Part shown: one piece after another, positions 58,263-64,000 of the stretch
Layout: each line of letters opens with the position of its first letter
How positions within the stretch are numbered: position 1 is the stretch's first letter
Notes under the pieces: model-generated
Seen by the model: only the letters and a program-made list of their open reading frames with translations
Told to the model about the DNA's origin: nothing
Databases searched by the model: none
DNA from: the human T2T-CHM13v2.0 reference genome, Homo sapiens
Strand: one strand, 5' to 3'
Assembly: GCF_009914755.1 (NCBI RefSeq)
Contig: NC_060936.1
DNA length: 64,000 nt
Position numbers and translations under genes: made by a program

Positions 58263-59479
58263 GGACTGAATTCATTCATTGGAATTTTTCTTCTAGGTTT
58301 TATAGTTCATATCTCATTAGGGAACCAATGAGGTTAAACCAAACAGGTTTAACCAATTTGAGGAATTTATTTTCAATGTGTAGGCAAAAATTTATTTCAA
58401 AGAAAGTAGAGTATGTATTGGACAATGCTACTATTCTGTGCCAAAACACATAACTTCAAATATTCTTCTTCCTTGTAGAAATTATTGGGTCTCTAAATGT
58501 TGAAATATCATAGTTACATACAAATGAACACAGATGTTTTTCAAAATGATTATCTTAATGATTAAACAATTTAGAAGCATACTGTTCTCTTGCCAAATCA
58601 ATACTTTTCATCTGTATTTATTATACAAGGGAGACAATTACAATTTAATTGAAGAGAGAAATCACATTTAGCAGGGGTTTATGCAACTGTGTTTCACTCC
58701 CCACGATGAATTAGATTATTAATTATGGCAACTGATCAAGTATTTCTTCTCTATTGCTTTCTGCAAAATAAAGTGTTGGGCTAGCATATATTTTAACCAC
58801 TACTGAAATAGTATGAATTTGTCTTGAAAATTCAGCAAGTCCCATGAGAGGATGGTTTAAAACCTCCATTCTTTTGATCTTATTCTAATATGTATTTGTT
58901 TTGTTGGCTATTATATAAATTGAGTAAATACATTCCAAAATATTTTCATGATTTTTTTCTTTCAAATGAAGGAAACAGAAGAGGTAGAAAATATGGATAA
59001 AAATATTAAATAAAAACTGGTCAGTTAATGAAATGTATTCCTGTCCAATGAACCAAAGTTTTACCTAATTTTTAACCAGTATTTTATCCTGAACAGAACC
59101 TGACATTTAAGAAAACTAACAAACAAACAAAAACCTGACTTAAAAATGAGGAGGGTGATCCAGATTAGTTTTCAAGGGATTGGGATAAAATGATTTATGG
59201 TTTATAATTATATGCTTATTCATAATTCTTAGTGGTTACACAATCCAAGTAGTAAGTATGTAAAATACAACAAATTGGGCTGAAACTAGTTATCCTAACT
59301 AAATTAGCTACAGATGGCACAATTTAAGTTGTTAAGTCTTATTTTCCTTTTTGATAGATTCCTTAATTAAGCCCTTCTCAAATCCTTTTATGGAGCTCAG
59401 CTCATTTTTCTGTGTCTTTACTATATAGCTCATCTGGTTAATATTACTTACATGAGATAGTCACTTTTTTTTGGGTAAA

Positions 59480-61230
59480 ATTTTTGAAGTATACCATATA
59501 TAATAAAAATACACAAATCTTAAATGTACAATTCAAAGAGAATACACTCAAAAAGAATGGCACCTAAATCAAGAAACAGAGTATTTCCAAGACTCCAAAA
59601 GTTGTCTTGCGCTCCCTTCTACTCATACTTCCTTACTGTCTCACAAAAGGTACCCACTATTCTGACTTCAAATGTTATTGCTTACTTTTGCCTATTTTTG
59701 AACATCATAAAAATGATGTCCATTTTCATATGTTACGTATTTTCTTGGTCTGACTTCTTTTACTCATCATTAGGTTTTGTGAGATTTACCACCATTTGTT
59801 GCATGTTGTTGTAATTTGTTTTTGTTTTTGTTTTAATTTTTTTTTTTTTTTTTTTTAGTATTTATTGAACATTCTTGGGTGTTTCTCGGAGAGGGGGATG
59901 TGGCAGGGTCATAGGATAATAGTGGAGAGAAGGTCAGCAGATTAACACGTGAACAAAGGTCTCTGGTTTTCCTAGGCAGAGGTCCCTGCGGCCTTCCGCA
60001 GTGTTTGTGTCCCTGGGTACTTGAGATTAGGGAGTGGTGATGACTCTTAACGAGCATGCTGCCTTCAAGCATCTGTTTAACAAAGCACATCTTGCACCAC
60101 CCTTAATCCATTTAACCCTGAGTTGACACAGCACGTTTCAGAGAGCACGGGGTTGGGGGTAAGGTTATAGATTAACAGCATCCCAAGGCAGAAGAATTTT
60201 TCTTAGTACAGAACAAAATGGAGTCTCCTATGTCTACTTCTTTCTACACAGACACAGTAACAATCTGATCTCTCTTTCTTTTCCCCACATTTCCCCCTTT
60301 TCTTTTCGACAAAACCGCCATCGTCATCATGGCCCGTTCTCGATGGTCGCTGTCTCTTCGGAGCTGTTGGGTACACCTGCAGAAAGGCTGTCACTTCACA
60401 CTTGGAAGATTGCACAGTGGCCAGGCAGAGGCGCTCCTCACTTCCCAGACGGGGTGGCGGCCGGGCAGAGGCGCTCCTCACATCCCAGACTGGGTGGCGG
60501 CCGGGCAGAGGCACTCCTCACATCCCAGACGGGGCAGCCGGGCAGAGGCGTTCCTCACTTCCGAGGCACTCCTCACTTCCCAGACGGGGCGGCCGGGCAG
60601 AGGCGCTCCTCACTTCCCAGACGGGGCAGCCAGGCAGAGACGCTCCTCACCTCCCAGACGGGGCGGCCAGGCAGAGGCGCTCCTCACTTCCTAGACGGGG
60701 CAGCCGGGCAGAGGCACTCCTCACCTCCCAGACGAAGGGCGGCAGGGCAGAGGCGCTCCTCACATCCCAGACGATGAGCGGCTGGGCAGAGGCGCTCCTC
60801 ACTTCCCAGACGGGGCAGCCGGGCAGAGGCGCTCCTCACTTCCCAGACGAGGCGGCCGGGCAGAGGCGCTCCTCACTTCCCAGAGGAGGTGGCCGGGCAG
60901 AGGCGCCCCTCAATTTGTTTTTTCTTAATGCCTTATACGGTCTTCAATTAATTCAGTACACAACAACATATATATTCATTCTACTCCTGACAGACATTTA
61001 GGTTGTTTCCAATTTTTGGTCGTCACCAAGAATGCTGCTGTAAGCCGTCTTGCATATGTCTTTTAGTGAATATAGATACCCACATACGATCACATACACA
61101 CACACACACCTGCTGGGTACATACCTAGGCATGGAATTGCTGGATCACAGCTTACAAATATATTCAACTTTAGCAGGTAGTTATCATCAAATAGCTTTCC
61201 AAGTTGGCTGCACCTCATATTTCCTTTTCC
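59480..61230 (-). mobile_element. Old L1M 3' fragment split by the SVA
   Basis: gacatttaggttgtttccaattttt...tacctaggcatggaattgctggatca; contiguous across the SVA. Confidence 0.7.
59824..60911 (-). mobile_element. 5'-truncated SVA retrotransposon (SVA_A-like): partial VNTR, SINE-R and poly(A)
   Basis: GC-rich ~37-40 bp VNTR at 60420-60910; HERV-K-derived SINE-R at ~59857-60420; T-tract; TSD aatttgttttt at 59813-59823 and 60912-60922. Confidence 0.95.
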
Positions 61231-62247
61231 CCTCTCATATTTAATTACCAGTGGAAAAAGCCAAAACTTTCTCTCATTTTCTGACTAAAACAGTCTTAAT
61301 CATTTATATGAATGGTAATAGGTACAGCTTTTCAGGTGCTCTTATTTTGTAAGGTACATTTCTCAACTCTTTTTTTTTTTGCGTTTTATTTGCAGTATCT
61401 ATGTATGGACAAATGTGCCTAAGTTTTAAAATGTTGTAAACACAGTGTACAGTAGAATCTCTCTGAACTGACTCTGACAGATTTTTCTTTTTTCCCCCTA
61501 TAGAAGTGCCAAGAATGAGAAGGCTATTTTCTAATATGCCCACATGTGCATTTGTTGCATGTGTATGAAGAGGGAATACAGCTTCTTTGCTTAGCAAACC
61601 ACTGGTTGTATGGGATGTAAACCCATGCTTATTAATGTAATTACATAATATTACATAAACTGACAAAATATGAATGTGAAAGCTATTTCAATGAAACTAA
61701 GTCAATGCCAACTAACTAAAGGTTAAGTTTCTAAAAGAAAAAAAACTCACTCATATTAGGTATGTGTGACAGTTTTAAAAGATTAAATAATAAAAATAAA
61801 AATCTAGAAGTATTCTGAATTAAGACTGCTTTTCTAAGTGTTATTTTCATTGAAGACATTGTATTTTGGTTGTGGTTCATGCCAAAAAAGTGGTCCCAAG
61901 CCAATCAATGGACTCATAACCTAAGAAAAAAAAGCACTGGCCTAATATCAAAAGACTGGCAAATGGTTTTTAATATACATGGGTTGTATATTAAAATAAG
62001 GCAGGTAGGCATTCTTTTAAAATGATTTCCTGAGTTTACTGACTTTTTGTTATCTAAGAAACTTTTGGTCTAGACCACGTCAGACAACAGGATTTCTACT
62101 ATAAAAGAAAAAAATTCAAAATTTGAAAATTCAGGTTTTAATATTTCCAAAATTATTACTATTGCAAAGTCAGTTATAACCACAGAAGCACACTTTTCAG
62201 GACAGTGGTGCATCACAGAAAGAGAAATGCTTTAAAAGCTCACAGCC

Positions 62248-62636
<389 letters not shown>

Positions 62637-64000
62637 TCAAAGCATAAAAGTATAGAATAAATGTTATCAGGTTTAATTACCTTGGCCAAAACCTAGGATC
62701 TATATTAACATACATAGTACATATTTAAATGTTTGCAAGGGAAATTTAAAAGGAAAAGCTTTTATGGGAAAGTTATGTGCTGACATATTAAGGTGCCAAT
62801 ACAGACCAAATCAAAGGGCACTGGGTAAGTAAAGCATCACTCCTCAAGTGAAATAAAATGACAGTTTTCATCCAATTTGAACGATAATTATAATTAACAT
62901 CCCCATCTCTCCTGACATTGTGGTCCTAAATAGAACTCTTAGATTTAGCTGTGATGATGGGATAGAGAGCTATTCAGATCTAAGATTATGAATTATGCTT
63001 ATTTTACTTTTAGTATTTTATTGCTATGATTATTGCTTCATTTCAGGCCGAGTGCTTTTCAGCAGAACATTAAGTATCCCTACCATATGGTATTTAAATG
63101 TTATTGTCCCAATAAATTAACAAAAAGGTCCCATAAATTGGGTGTTGGCATACTGGGGATATCCTAGATATTCTCAAAGGTCTTTTAAATGGACAGTTAA
63201 TAAAGAAAGATGTTCTGTCCGAGGATTCAACAGGAATATTCTGTAATATTCTGTTTATTTGTTCATTCTCCATTTTTAACATTTTTGGCAGCTCATTGTT
63301 TGCTAGGAAATTCATCGCAGAAGGGAATTTCTACTACCAAATGTTTTTTGACAACACAAAAGAAAGAATGGATGACATTAAATGACACATCTGTATCCAT
63401 TTGGCCCTAACTGGTAAAGCAAAAAATATGAACCACAATCTTTCTAAAAGACATGACTAGATCACATGAATCTGTGTATTGATTAATTAAGTAAGAAAGA
63501 AAAGAACAAAGTAATACAGAGATGTAGTTATAAGGATTAGCAGGCACTTTACAATGTCACTGGTACAGGAAAGGGACCCTCAACATTCTTAGACAAGAAA
63601 CATATTTTCCACTGAGCTTGTGAGAGCAAAACTAGGATTTTCTCTTAGTTCCAATTAATCAATTACTAAGTTAATCAGGTTATAGATGATTCAAAGAAGG
63701 GTAAGTCGTGGTGTATTTCCTTAGCAAATGAGCACACAATTAGAAAGTGAAACATTTTGCAAAAGAATTCAGTGCTAAAATATCTGGTTTTAAGTGCAAA
63801 AGGAGTTCAGAGGTGGGGAACCATGTAACTGAAAGCCCAAATCTAGAGATTAGATGGACAAATCTTTACAGTGGGTATGGGTAGGTTAGAGTTGGTAAAT
63901 AAAGTTTTGTCAGTTTATGGTTGAGACTATGGAGAACTTTGAGAGCTAGGCAAAAGCCTTAAAGGTGGAGACAACAAAATAGCAGGATAGTTGGAAGAAT

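Noticed and set aside
60420-60910. Regularly spaced direct repeats superficially like a CRISPR array
   Set aside because: Units abut without unique spacers; this is the SVA VNTR in a primate genome
60203-61001. Long overlapping ORFs (103-199 aa) with repetitive peptides
   Set aside because: Translations of the SVA VNTR and SINE-R, not a gene
61370-61390. T-tract plus tttatt suggesting a minus-strand retrocopy tail
   Set aside because: The hexamer is only ~4 nt from the tract and no TSD was found

Overview
Primate genomic DNA, almost certainly human chr12q23; an SVA element restricts it to hominoids. The window is AT-rich and repeat-dense, with two tandem minus-strand genes. (1) The 5' part of WASHC3/CCDC53 (WASH complex subunit 3): a CpG-island promoter at ~32.8-33.4 kb and coding exons 1-5 (codons 1-145); the remaining exons lie left of the window. 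(2) The last five coding exons, stop codon and poly(A) signal of NUP37 (WD40 nucleoporin of the Nup107-160 complex); its 5' exons lie right of the window. I checked all exon boundaries by hand (GT-AG, frame continuity). Repeats include ~24 Alu/FLAM/FRAM copies, a ~7.3 kb L1MA-type element, a 5'-truncated SVA, a MER51-type solo LTR, several Tigger/hAT MITEs, and L2, MIR and CR1 relics. Repeat subfamily names come from recalled consensus sequences and need RepeatMasker confirmation. Almost all ORFs in the supplied track are repeat-derived or spurious. I found no convincing new gene or biological system. The best leads are: a ~1.37 kb TSD-flanked retroposed unique segment inside the L1; a candidate antisense terminal exon in a NUP37 intron; in-frame compatibility for NUP37-WASHC3 read-through splicing; a sense-oriented intronic SVA with an intact AATAAA; a palindromic bidirectional poly(A) signal; a NAGNAG acceptor; and a locally templated insertion inside an Alu.
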